NCBI GenBank assembly: GCA_038496445.1
Contig: JALMLS010000310.1
Span: 186,001-250,000, forward strand
Length of the DNA: 64,000 nt
Direction: 5' to 3'
Source of the DNA: Trichosphaerium sp. ATCC 40318
Taxonomy: Eukaryota; Protista; Tubulinea
Position 1 is the stretch's first letter, and every line of letters starts with the position of its first letter. The notes under the pieces were generated by a model. The model had not been told where the DNA came from. It worked only from the letters and a program-made list of their open reading frames with translations, and ran no database searches. A program made the translations under genes and the position numbers. This document shows positions 39,740 through 52,514 of the stretch, piece by piece.

Positions 39740-41257
39740 AATGATAAGCTCCCGTTCATACCGATATTGCCCTACGATGTTAATAGTACAAAGCTTACGT
39801 TTAGTGAAGATAAGTTCTTCGTTGTGAGGTTTAATTTGGGTGAGTTTTAAACAAAGAGAAAGGTAGTTGATGCGCTGATTTTAAACTAGATAGCATACCA
39901 CGCTCTGCAACAATACTGAACGCCACTCTCACTCTATCTGACCACTTCGGGCCACGCGGTTATATAGGCTTAGTATTGACTGATATGATAGCCTCGGTCG
40001 GTTCAGGTACCTTTCACGTGATTTCTTTACACTGACTTATAAAAAAAAAAGAAATTGGGTTTAAAGGAAATAAAGTGTGTAAAGAACATAATATTGACGA
40101 AAATACTGTTGTGCCTACTACGGGTGATGAGCGTTTGGAAGTAACCGTAACAAGTGCGAAAAGTCATTAGTAATCGACTAATCAAAGAGCGTTAGATTTC
40201 GTACAACAATCAAAAAACAACAAACTTGCTTTCTTCGTCATTTCGAATGAGGGTTCGTGTATCACATTTCGTTTTATGCTAATATTTTACATACAGATGA
40301 AGAATCTACTGTATCTGGTATAGAGGGTTCAGGTCAACCAACGCTAAAGGTGGATTGGACTATAATCCAGGTTTGTAAACAAAGTCAATTGTTGTCTGTG
40401 TGTAACGGTCTTGTAGTGTTCTCAGAATATTCTGCAATGCAATTGTAGTATTGCTACAACATCTGTGTACAGTTGCGATGGTTCTTTCAATGGTCAGTAT
40501 ATTGTTCCTGCTGAAACTTCGATATTTACAAGTACGAAACTACCTAAGACTTCTTGCGAGGTTTTTTCTAACTTATCAAAGACACTTTGTCTACAACAAA
40601 TGATTCCACAATTGTATTTCAAGACCCTAGTTCGCAGATTATACTTGGTAATTGCCATGATATAAAAGGTACGGAACATCTTAGAAGCGTTCAGCAGTAA
40701 TAGACCGCAGCTTTGATATGACTAAGTTATGTTTAAAATTAGGAACGATTCAAGTTGACTACAGTTTGAACGAGACTGGCCATGTTAGCCTTGTCACATG
40801 GGAAGATACATGTACAGTAGACAGCAAATCAGTGTCTTTTTCAAAATCTTCCAATCCGTGTATCCAAGCAACAGCACAAGTAAAAAGTATGGTCAACTAT
40901 TATTTTTGTTTAAAATAAGTAGCTTAACTTTGTTAAGGTAGCTCTCTTGTAGCAGTATTTACAGACACATGTACCGAACAAAAAGCTGAAAATAGTGATA
41001 TGCTAGTAGCAATTATCGTAGTTATCATTGCGATCATAATTATCACAGCAGGCGAGTTTTAATAGTTTCCATAGGGGTACAATCTAAACCTTGACTTAGC
41101 TATTGTCGCGTTTATCATGCTATATCCTCCTGCACGCCAAGTTGTATTCCCCTTCAACATGCATAAATCTCAAACAAAGACAGGGAGAGTTGATATACAA
41201 ACTAGATGTACAAATAATAGCGAGGGAGAGGGAGAAACTAACCACGAAACTTTGTAA
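39740..41257 (+). CDS. Single-pass membrane protein of unknown function (5' end uncertain)
   Basis: Spliceable Cys-containing beta-rich exons; TM MLVAIIVVIIAIIIITAAIVAFIML followed by YPPARQVVFPF; stop at 41255-41257. Confidence 0.55.
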
Positions 41258-41458
41258 TAATAGAAAAATCGAAACTTAAACAAAAATAGATTTGAGTTTC
41301 GTGTATCAATCGTAGCTCGCACGTGCCTCAATAATGTTATTCAAATACTATGCCACATATGCAACGCTTCGTAAATTTAAACAGCGTAGGCATCTGAACA
41401 ACTTTATCAGCCAAGAAAGTCAACTAAGTTCAAAAAAATCTTAAAACACGGAATAAGG

Positions 41459-43223
41459 ATGTACTGTGATATATCTAGCGAAAATAAGACCGTCTATGAT
41501 CGATTTGAAGATCTAAAAGTAAAACCAGGCCTAATACGGTAACTTTTACGGCAATTGTGTATTTTTTACTAATATGAGCTTTAAAAGCGCTATGCAGGAT
41601 GGTGGATACTCTGAACCGATAACGATTATGCAAGAAACTCTAATACCTTTGAGCACAGGTGATAATAATAGCAGCAAATCGCTTTAAGTCAACCGCTTTT
41701 TTTTTTTTTTGATTTCTCGACTTAAACAGTCAATAAAATCTCATCTTGCCAACTTGCCAGAGGCACACCTCTTTACGTGATGAGTAGCAAACAGGATTTA
41801 CGAGATCCGGCTTATTGAATATAACACCCAACCTCGGTGCAAGATCTAAGCCAAAATGTTACTCTTTGTTTTATTTTTTACATGCATGATTTGTAAACAG
41901 GTACTTTTTCTCACATTTTTGTAGGAAGAGATGTTATTTTTTCATTGATTAACCAACACATAATGGCAACTATAATATGTGGGGTTATGAACAACATTGA
42001 TGACAAATTAAATGCACACCAAGCCATTATAATAGTGCCACCTGACATCAAAGCAACAATAATCAAAGACAAAGCTGATGTTATTGGTAAATACACAAGT
42101 TTCATCTCAGAAGCTATTGGACATACAAGCAATACCAGTAAACCTAAGGAAACAGCACACATTCTAATAGGAACTCCCCAAGATGTGCTTAAAAACCACG
42201 TGCGTTACAAGATTACGAAAGCAAAACTTGACGTTAGCGTTCTTACTCTATTTATAGGATAGCAATACATTATCACGTGTTAAAGTTGTGTGTATGTATA
42301 AAGTAGATCAAACAGTAACCAAAGTATATGAGGAGTTGTTTAAGACGCTTCCACCACAAACACAAGTAGTAGTATCAACTGATTACATGACGACGGATGT
42401 TAAAGAACTTATAGAAAAGTATACTAGAAATGGAGTAAATTATGCTCCACCACTAAGAGATGTGACTCTCTACGCAAGTAATTTTAGAACACAGCCCTTT
42501 GTAAAACGAATGGTTATATTGATAGTATTTTTAGGGTATAAAACAGTTCTACATAGAGTGTGAAAAAGAGGAATGGAAATTTGAAACAATTCAAGATTTA
42601 ATGGGAGTTATTTATGTTGGGTCTTGTATTGTATTTTGCAATACAGCAGCATCTGTAGTTTCATTAACACAAGGACTAAGAAATCTGGACTATACTGTAC
42701 AACGTTCTACATAATTATGTTCTTATAATATTAATATGCCACAGGTTTCTTGCTTGCACGAGGACATGTCAGAACAGGAAATGGATGACTCTGTCCAGGT
42801 GCGCACTTACACAATTGTCAGGTTGTTCACTTAATCTGGGTTGTATCCGACATTATCACAAATGTAGTGTACAATACAAGACTTAGTAGCACGTGAACAG
42901 CTTGACTGCCAAATACTTTGTATATATTGATTAGTTTAACGCGGCTCTAGGAATTTAGAACTGGAAGTACCAGAATGATGATTTGTAATGCCAGACTTCG
43001 TCCAAGAATAGATATTGCCTACACTGTACTAACAATATGTTATGATATTCCTAGCAGCTTTACTACATACGTTGATCTTGTTGGAAGAAGCGGAAAATTT
43101 GGAAGAAAAGGCATTGTTATTCTTTTTACATTAAATCAAACAGATTCTTGCTTTGTAGCTTTACAAGCTGATCAAAGTACTACAATCGATGCACTTCCAG
43201 TGAATTTTGTTGAGATGTTGTAG
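41459..43223 (+). CDS. Divergent eIF4A-like DEAD-box protein lacking catalytic motifs
   Basis: YDRFEDL...GYSEP, HILIGTP, LPPQTQVVV, GIKQFYIECEKEEWKFETIQDL, IVFCNT, EFRTGSTR, GRSGKFGRKG are collinear with eIF4A; motifs I, II and III are replaced. Confidence 0.85.
41740..41858 (+). ncRNA. Candidate intronic structured RNA (H/ACA-like two-hairpin architecture)
   Basis: Lies in a 266-nt intron (41659-41924); stems CTCATC/GATGAG, AGAGG/CCTCT, GGAT/ATCC, GGCTTA/TAAGCC and CACC/GGTG with internal loops; boxes non-canonical. Confidence 0.4.
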
Positions 43224-43555
43224 ATGTAAAACAAGATATCATTGTAACTAGTACAAGCTAAGTACTTTGTAAATTTATTCTGCAACAAATAAGTTACTTT
43301 TTTCTCCATTTGCTTGCTTTTTGTTTGTTGGAATACAAGTAGTAAAATCAATGCTATTTTGTGTCAGCACCTGTTGCTTTAGTGAATAAGACTTTTTGAT
43401 TGTTACATCATTGTAAAGAATTAAATGAGATTTTTTTTTGACTGGTGATACATTTCGAAAGCTAACTATCTTTGTGGTTTAAACTTTTTTTTTTTCATTT
43501 ATTTTTATTACTTACAATTTGTTTTATTTTCTCTTTTGTTTTATGGTGTACATAC

Positions 43556-45894
43556 TCAGTTTATCAATGCATCATCACTCAATAATCCTGCTGTTACTTC
43601 TAATAAATTTGCTTCTGCTTTTTTAGTACATCTGTCGTTGAGGATATATCCAATAAATGATAAAACAAAAAAAGAAATCACAACACATGCTGATATGTAA
43701 ATGAGATTTTCGTCTTCATGAAAATACCCAGCGAACAAATAAAAAGCGACAACAGCAAGGCTAAAGAAGAATCGGAAAACTAAAATATGCGGTGAGTACA
43801 CGTAAGGAAACAAAAAAAAGCAAAACATGGCTTAAACACATCCGTCTTAAGTAAGATTTTTCTTCAAAAGGCTGATAGAGTATTGTTTAATGAGGAATCA
43901 TGTTAAGTTATTAATCCATAGAAAAGATCCTCAAAACGTTTGATTTATGCTGGAACTTTACGTGAAGTAACAACCACGTGATTTGTTTCAAAAAAAAAAA
44001 CGCCGGAAAAACCTATGACGTACTTGCAAATATAGTGACTTTATCGTCCCTAAATTTCGTCCCTAATACAGAATACAATACGTTTATACAAGTAGCATCT
44101 GTTACACCATTTAAACCGGCGAGGATATAGAAAACGAATGCTACGTAGTAAAGTCAATTAAAAACAATTAAGATCATTTAGTAACTTACTCAGGTCCTCC
44201 CTTATACGAACGATAGTTAATGTAAAAAACGTTGCTGTAACACCAGCGACAGATAGCAACGGTATAATTAATACGACATATTTCCCAAACCAATCATTTA
44301 TCTTACCAGCAATAAGACTTCCTAGCAATGTAAAGTCAGCAACTGTATTCTTTGTTGGTTTTTTTAGGTGCTAATTTTGACCATCTCTAAACGTACCAAG
44401 CATATCACATGCGCCAAAACTAATCATAACAAAAGGTACGAGTTTAATGTTATTGATTTCTTTAGTGAAAATACCCATAGCAAACGACTGACTGTTGAAA
44501 AAGGGATTAGACAATAGTTTGGTTTTTTTTTTTCGTACTTGAATCCTAAGAATGCCATTGCAGGGATGAGGGTAAGTGTGCGAGGTTGTATTGTCAATTT
44601 TAAGAAGGCACCAAAATTCAATTTTCGGGCTTTTTTACTTGTATCTTGTTGTTTATCGACACGTCTGTTAAAAAAAGTTAGAAACCACGTGACATTTAAT
44701 GGGTTTTTGTTTTTTACCAAATAGGTTTTCTGAGACTGCAAAATAAGCGAGGAAGAAAACACTTTTTTTTTTTTGACATTCTCCAAAAATTTACCTGGAA
44801 AAGCCAGCTAATATTGCTGATGCTACACCAATACCAGCAAAAACAAGAAATAAATACTCTGCATCTATCTTAATCTGTGCGATTAATATTCCGCTCAGGA
44901 GGTTTCCAAAAATTTGGTTACACTGGAAGGCGCCAAAAAACTAAAGAAAAAAAAAATCAGCATCAAAAACAAAAATCTGCGGAAAACAGCGAAAAAACTA
45001 GTGACTCACAATGCCTGAGTTAAAACCAATAGTGCCATCCGTACTACAAGCGCTTAGGTATGCCTATACATCAGTAAATAAGCGAGATAACGCCATGGAA
45101 TCTCAAATCGGTTCGTAAACTTTTTTTTGAAGGAGTTTTTTGTGAATTGTCCGTTTTCTTGTTTGGTTTTTTGGTATAATCGATAACACCGTACTCCTTG
45201 AGCAGTCCACAGTATAGATACGCCAATACCAGCAACAAGAGAGGCAGCAAGAAGAGAATAAATGATTATGTAGAAATTAGCCAAAAAGTAGAGAACAATA
45301 CACAGACATCCTATTATCATTGAAAACCTAGACGAAGAATGAATTTTGAGCAGATTAGGAATGACAAAAAAGAAATGTTGAAGTAAAAAGCTGTGAATTA
45401 CATTTTTACCAACAGGCCATAATACTAGTCTACTACGTACTTTAGACCCAAGAACTTAACAATTGGAGGCGCAAAAAAGTTCGTAATGGCGTAACCTCCA
45501 TACACTGTCGCTAGCGATACAAAACCCAGCTGTTTGTTTACAGTAGACTGTAGGTTCTATTGTAAGACGTATTAGATCGAAAAGGGATAAGAGTTGATAC
45601 TATTCCACAAGAAAACGTTAAAAACAAAACGTAAGTGTTCTAGTTTATGTATAACTGCGTATGCACTAAGTTTAGCGTGGTTTAAAAAGTTACATTCAAT
45701 TCTCCGTTTTTTGGTGGACGTACTTGGTTTGCGTTAAACGCTATGTACAGCAGGCAGTATACAACACCTATGTAAAGAACTACTAATGGCCTGTTTCCAT
45801 TGTATGTAGATGATTTTAATGGTACATCACCTTTGAGGCTCGCTACAGACTGTGTAAAGTCGCCTAGCGTATTAGAATCTTTGCGGCTTGACAT
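43556..45894 (-). CDS. UNC-93-like MFS membrane protein
   Basis: LLYIAFNANQ, LVAGIGVSILWTAQG.YL, GFNSGIFFGAFQCNQIFGNL and many TM segments over about 9 exons. Confidence 0.85.
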
Positions 45895-46473
45895 TTGACG
45901 TAATCCCAATGCAATACCAAAAAAACTGACTTAACGAGTATGATGGTTACGACACTCGCTGTAGGAAGTGCTTTTGTCCCTTTTGATGTACAGTGGTATC
46001 GCTGTTGTATAAATAACTATTGATGAGCTATAAGGAGTAATATGGCTTGTCTACGGGGAAACAACGATTATGCGCCTGTGACACCTGAATTTTCGCGTGG
46101 CTTTGCACAAGAAATGTGTTGTAGCACGCTTTTTGTATAACTTCCTTTTTTAGATTTATTTAAAACTAGGACGTGACAAGTCGTGACATTTTATGCTGCG
46201 TATGAATTCATTTACTGTGGTTCAGTAGGCCATAAGGTTGTTTAAAAAAAACAGGGAACTCAAGGCAGGAAACATGTTAACGAGGCAAAATATTTTAAAA
46301 AGACAAGCACTGATACGAAAGATGATTAACACTTTGTGTTTCTACAGCACTCAACAAAACAAAAATAGTTGTCTTTTTTAATAATAGTTCTTTGTTGGCA
46401 TACGCAGCCATTTCAACTAAAGTGAGGTTTGTGAAAGGCCATGAAGGAAGGAAGGATATATTTCAAATTTTTT

Positions 46474-47302
46474 TTAACTACACTCCAGACGAGCACATTC
46501 CATGGTCCATATTCTGTCTGGTCCCCTGTTAAGAAGAGAGAGTTAGTAACAACAAAACGTGTGTTACTTACCCATACTGGCTTCTAAACCCTACAATATA
46601 AGGTGTATTAGGCGGACAGTTAATATTTCCAACACCATTAAATCCAGGTACAATATTAAACATATCTAAAACAAGAAAAAACACAGTAAGTACGCTTCCA
46701 GTAACAATTTGGTTCTAAGCTACGTACTAATCCACACATTGTCAACAGTATTACAGGTCAGAGCAGCATGTGTTCTTGAAAAAAAGTGAGAAAATCAAAC
46801 GCAAACGATGACTATTAAATTACCTACAACGAAACCTAAATGATCTATCCACAAATACATTTGACCAGTGCGATCCAGATATTCCTAAGTTTAACTTGAG
46901 ATAAAACAGCGGTTAAGAACTTTTGTTAAACTTCTCATGAAGTGTACTGTTCACAGAAAACCATGATAACAAAACGTACTGTCAAACGCATATCCATTTG
47001 GGCACTGAAAAGTAAAATCTACGCCCATTGTCGAGCCCAAGAATGTCTCTGCACCGGCTAATACTATATTGTCTTGACATCTCCACAAAAACCTTCGGGG
47101 CAAGCCTGCAGCTGTGGTTCGAACGCCGGTTAGAGCACCAGTAAGACATTCTCTAGTCCAAGCAAGGTTTGTCGTTGTAGTTATGGGTGGATCAGCTAGC
47201 ACTATAGCACCAATACAACTAATAATATTATAAGCTAGGATTGAAGCAAATAGGGAGCTACCTTGACAGAAAGAGTGAGAAGATGACAACGTGATGTAGC
47301 AT
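46474..47302 (-). CDS. Secreted dermatopontin/haemagglutinin-like protein
   Basis: Signal peptide; three repeats ending PRRFLWRC, VDRSFRFRC and PDRIWTMEC, with DFTFQCPNG..GISGSHWSN, matching the dermatopontin repeat consensus (F.F.CP.G...S.H.N..DR.W.F.C). Confidence 0.65.
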
Positions 47303-47851
47303 GTGGGATAACTTTTTGGTTTTATTCGTTTTTTTGTTAAGCCAGATCACGTGAAAAGGTGATCCTTGTGTTACACAGGGATTTACGAAATTCATCGTGT
47401 CTACTATTGCCTGTTTTATTGTCTATATTTGCGAGGAGAAAAAACCTCCGGCTGCTTCAGAGATTCACTTAACGCACTAGTTTCAAAGTTATTGAAGCAA
47501 TTCACCTGAAAGGTTCATATTTATAAGCTTGTAATGCGTTCTTGTACAAGTGAAAATCTTTAATCACCAATTTCCCAGGTATTTATTAAACAGTCACTGA
47601 ACTTTGCGCCTTAGTTTAAATTGCAAGTTGCAATATGAAACCAGACCTAGAAATGACAAACCATGCCAAAATAAAACACTGAAAGTAGACAAAAAAACCA
47701 TCAGTTTTGTTGAACGTTTTGATTGGCATTTGTCCTTCTATACAAAACAAACGCAAATAATGCTAGTTTTAACGTACGAGCCATTTCTTATCAATAGATC
47801 TGACAGGCTTTGGTAGATGAACTCAAAGTGTTTCTCAGGTACAAAGATGCT

Positions 47852-49770
47852 TTAATCCATTGATTTTTCAAAACGCAAAGTATTTAATACAAAAGTGCTG
47901 CTAGTAACTATAACAAGTGAACATGAAGCTAAAAAGGTGTGACGAACCATAAGTGTGCCAATGTGAGTACCCATTGTATTCATCGATGATACTACCGTAT
48001 TTGATCCTGTTGTTATGAATACGGTAGAAGGTTGCAAGGCATTTGGTTGCTCCTTTAACATTAAGTTAGACGACAAGTATGACTAAAAAAACATACCACA
48101 ATATTTGTTGTTGTTGAGTTTACCACTATCGACACTGTTACCTCTACCTTTGTAGGATCATTCAAATAACCTGAAACAACAGTATCTAAAGATTCGGTTC
48201 CCTCTATCAAAAGGTGAGCAAATACTGCCTTGGAGGCGTACAGTACCTGTGTTTTGAGTTACAGTGACTACCACTGTTGTTTGAATTTGACGTTTGCTTG
48301 AAGCTGCTCTTTGTGATATTACACCATCAGATTTCTTCAATCCCATACCAAATAATATAGCTTCACCAACTATTGTTACTAAGCTATCAGGTGCTGGAAA
48401 AGGATCATCAATAGTAAGACCAACTTCGAAGTCTAAACAAGGTGTCAATGAATACACTTTATTGTACTCGTACCTGTTTCCTTGCATGTGGTTTCCGGGT
48501 CACCTGCTGCAAATGATATGACACCTTCCTAAGTCTCAAACTAAGATAATATCACAATGAGATGATAGCGTACACCAAGGGTCCACGTTGTTCTAGAACC
48601 AGAAAAAACAAATGCAAAATTGACATTTGGATAGAATGTTGATGTACCATTAAAAATAGTTGGTTGTATGGCGCTACCACTAGGTGATACGACGTTGTTT
48701 GGGCCAATAGGTATCTCAATGTCAGTATTCTAAAGTAACAAGAGTTAGTAGATACGATCAAAAGGAAGACTTACAACTGTCCAACCAAGGAAAGCAGTAA
48801 AAGTTCCATCGCCATTGTCTTTGATACAATCACCTCGTGGCATAATGCCCGAAAAATGAGCAAGTTCAAGAATGGGAACCAAGGTAGGTGTATCTGTAGG
48901 AATAACTGTATTTGGCTCTACAGTTGTTGGCGTAGAAGTTATAGGTGCTATGGTAGGTGGAAAAGTAGTGGGATGAACCGTTGTTGGCAATAATGATGGT
49001 GCCATGGTTGTAGGTTGAGTAGTGGTTGGTGAGATCGTTGGAATGATTGTTGAAGGTAAGGTTGGAATGTCTATTGTGCATGATACTCCTCTGTTTGCAC
49101 TACTAGAGCATTTAACATCGTTGAATCCTCCTGAAAAAAAGTTAGTATTAGATTTGGTTAGGTTTTAATGATTTACCATCGTGATGCATAGCAATACAGT
49201 ATTCTCCTCCATCGCCCCAGTTCGGTTCTCCTGGAACGTAGTATGAACTGATGAATGTACTTGTATCGTTGTTTGATGATATCAAAAATAGAGGTGTTTC
49301 TGTGATTGGAACACCAGTTCTTTGCCAAATAAAGTTTGATAAAGCATTGTAGCATGAATCACATCCTACTCGGCTATACCCACAATTCAAACAAGAACTG
49401 GTGTCGCAATCTGCTTCTTGTAGAGTACATCTCACGTCAACCCAAACCTGATCAAGGCTCGTTGGATCCAAAGGGAAGTTCGAAAATATGTAATCACTTG
49501 TTACTTCAATCAGAGTTGAGCCCCTAATAGGTCGTTGGTCATAAACACAAAGAGATTTTAGGAACGCAGTTGTAAAGAAATACTGATCGAAATAAATGAA
49601 TAGGGAGCTACTTTAAGCCACTTTCTTAGCATAATTTGGTTTGTATACTTTTATTGAACCTCTTACCTAGCTGAGCAATCAGCTATAGCAGCGTCATGTG
49701 TAATAGATTCAGTCGGTAGAGCAAAAGTCAAAAGCATTATAACCAGCGTCAGTAGCGTTGTAGATACCAT
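47852..49770 (-). CDS. C-type-lectin-like surface protein with mucin stalk and further beta-domains
   Basis: Signal peptide MVSTTLLTLVIMLLTFALP; QVWVD...FIWQRTG...YYVPGEPNWGDGGEYCIAM...FNDVKC (EPN and WND-like motifs); PTT repeats; CIKDNGDGTFTAFLGW. Confidence 0.7.
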
Positions 49771-50332
49771 TGGTCTATACTGCCAATGAGTTTTATAGTT
49801 TTTCCATTGCTAATATCATAGCCCGAGCTAAAAACGTACATGCGAACCTGTATTGTTGAGTTATAATGTACTTGTAATTTGGTAAGGTTCAACACACAAT
49901 TCAGTCGGATATTTTGTACTTTAAGTAATGACCGATTAAGTCAAGACTCTAGAATTGTGTTGTGTTTTTTCTTTGTGTTGGTTTAAAATCTTTTACATTT
50001 CACTATTTGAAAGCATAAGTCACTGTGGTGTTTGTGTTGCCCCACACTGTTTTGACCATTTTTTTGTGTATTATTGAACGATAGCTAAGAAGCGTCTGGC
50101 TAAGTGCTCCAGGATCGACTGAGATGTATCCTCGCTTCCAATATGTATTGTGATCAACAAGAACACGAATCTATTAAAAATTGAAACACTAAAATCAAAG
50201 CTACAGTTTTTCTCAGGATTTTCCATTCTTCAACATTTACAACAAGCACTGGAACCTCTTTGAGTTCTTTGAATTCATTTTAACGTTACCCTTCACCTAA
50301 GTCAAGAACATAGATTTTTCGCAAATTTTTCA

Positions 50333-50966
50333 CTAACCCAGCGCTACGCAATTTCCGGCGGAAAAATGGTGATGCATAGCAATACAATACTCTCCTCCAT
50401 TTCCCCAGTTCGGTTCTCCTGGAACATAGTACGAACTGATGAATGTACTTGTATCGTTGTTTGATGATATCAAAAATAGAGGTGTTTCTGTGATTGGAAC
50501 ACCAGTTCTTTGCCAAATAAAGTTTGATAAAGCATTGTAGCATGAATCACATCCTACTTGGCTATACCCACAGTTAAAACAAGAACTGGTGTCGCAATCT
50601 GCTTCTTGTAGAGTACATCTCACGTCAACCCAAATCTGATCAAGGCTTGTTGGATCCAAAGGGAAGTTTGAAAAGATATGATTAGTTGTTACTTCAATCA
50701 GAGTTGAGCCCCTAATAGATCGTTGGCCATAAACACAAAGAGAGTTTAGGAACGCAGAGGTAAGGGTTTGCGGTATAGGAAAAAAAAAAGCTGTAAAGGC
50801 AAATACAAACATTGTAATCGCCCTGGTTATCTACGATTTTGAGATTTTAAAGAAACACGTGCCTGGATTGACAATTAGCTATAGCAGCTGTGCGCGTAAT
50901 AGATTCAATAGGCAAAGCAAACATCACAAGTGTAACTAGTACTCACGTTATTGCTGAGATTATCAT
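50333..50966 (-). pseudogene. Truncated duplicate of the C-type-lectin exon
   Basis: About 50370-50760 is near-identical to about 49180-49570; in-frame TGA in the signal peptide (MIISAIT*VLV); homology stops after CIAMHH. Confidence 0.7.
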
Positions 50967-52514
50967 TCTAACAGCTTAGCTTTAGCATAAACGTCGGTGT
51001 ATAAAAGAACGCAATTATTGAATGATGCCACTATGGATACGAGAGACGTTTAAATATCTAGAGTCCGTTAGACAGTATCAAGAATAGAATAGCACAACTG
51101 TGGTTAACATATGTTTAGTACACAAACAAAATGTCCAACCACACGTGCACTCTCACGCTCTAGATACCAACTAAATAGCGTTAACGTGAAATCTCGAAAA
51201 ATGTTTGTATCACGTGCTTTAACAAAAACTTGTTAAAACGAAATCAGAGAACCAAAGAATAGCTTGTAAAAACATTGCAAAATAGTTTCCAAGGAGAAAC
51301 AGACAACTGTAAAAGAAAACACAAATAAAACCGTTAGGCTAAAAAGAACATAAGCTCTAAATCTTTTTTCAAGGTTAAAACTGTGTTTAAACTCACAATC
51401 TAACGTTCCCAAACAAGAAGCTGTGGTACTTTGGAATACTACTCCTGGTTTGAACAATAGCCGTAGTGTACAACAATATTCTATTTGCTTCGAGCTAAAA
51501 ATAAAACAACAAGTAATTTCTTTTTTTTTCACATGTTTTTAAGTATGACTGGGTATCAAACAATAGTGTAACTTGCGTTGTTGGTACACGACAGTCTAAA
51601 TTGTTTTACCTACTATTAATCTAACATATAGGTACTGATTCATAATACGGCGGAAGAACCAAACAATGTTTACCGTAGCCATTGCTTTCGAACTAATTCA
51701 ATTTGGTAATCTGCGCTAGTTTACTAGTATTGATCAATATGAAATTGAATATTCATCATGTTATTCTTTCTTAATTTTCAAAGGGATGGCATTTTATCCT
51801 CTCGTAAGCTCTTTAATGGATCAAAGGAGTACATCCAAAACCCTTTTTATAAATGTTAAAGCAGTCTATGCACATACAACGTATTACGACGCAGGAAAGT
51901 AGATTACTTCTATCGTTATTAATATAATTCCGAGCCCAGTAAGAACTATGTTGGTTTGAATGTTTGTCTCAACAAAACTTGTCACTTACAACTGTCCAAG
52001 TTGATACGTAGACATAAAAAGTTCTATTTTGTGACGAAAAATTGCTTTGGTAGTTACCGTGGTATGACGTATACTCACGTAATATACTATAAACAAATTC
52101 CTTGCCAATTTGTTTTACGATATTTGCAGAAACGCACGTGCTTGTGATTCCAGATAACATGACACAACTGACGATTTGTCCTAAGTGTCAAAAATAATAT
52201 ATTAAACAAGTCCAGCTATTTACTTCTATTGAAGTGCTGATTGCTTATACTTCGATACCATAAAACACGAAAACTGACCTTTGTAGTAAATACAGAACCA
52301 CAAAGTAAGTACTAGTGTATTTTTTGCTTACGTCCTTAAGAAAAAAATCAGAAAATACTCTTCTAGCACAAGTCTTAACTTACTATATTCTATTGTCTAT
52401 TTAGTTTCATTTTTATCGACAGACTTCAAGAATAAGTTGTCGAGTTGTGGATCTTTGACTATGTTTGACATTTGTAGGTTGTTTTGTGGTTGTAGTATCT
52501 ACGAAATAGACAAA

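Noticed and set aside
41776-41815. GTGATGAG..GCAAAC as hammerhead core or C box; CCGGCTTAT as RNase P CR-V; GATCTAAGCCAAAA antisense to U2
   Set aside because: Hammerhead needs CTGATGA and GAAA; no CTGA D box follows the putative guide; no RNase P CR-I upstream.
51200-52400. Possible decayed gene on the minus strand
   Set aside because: Only short fragments with no identifiable family.
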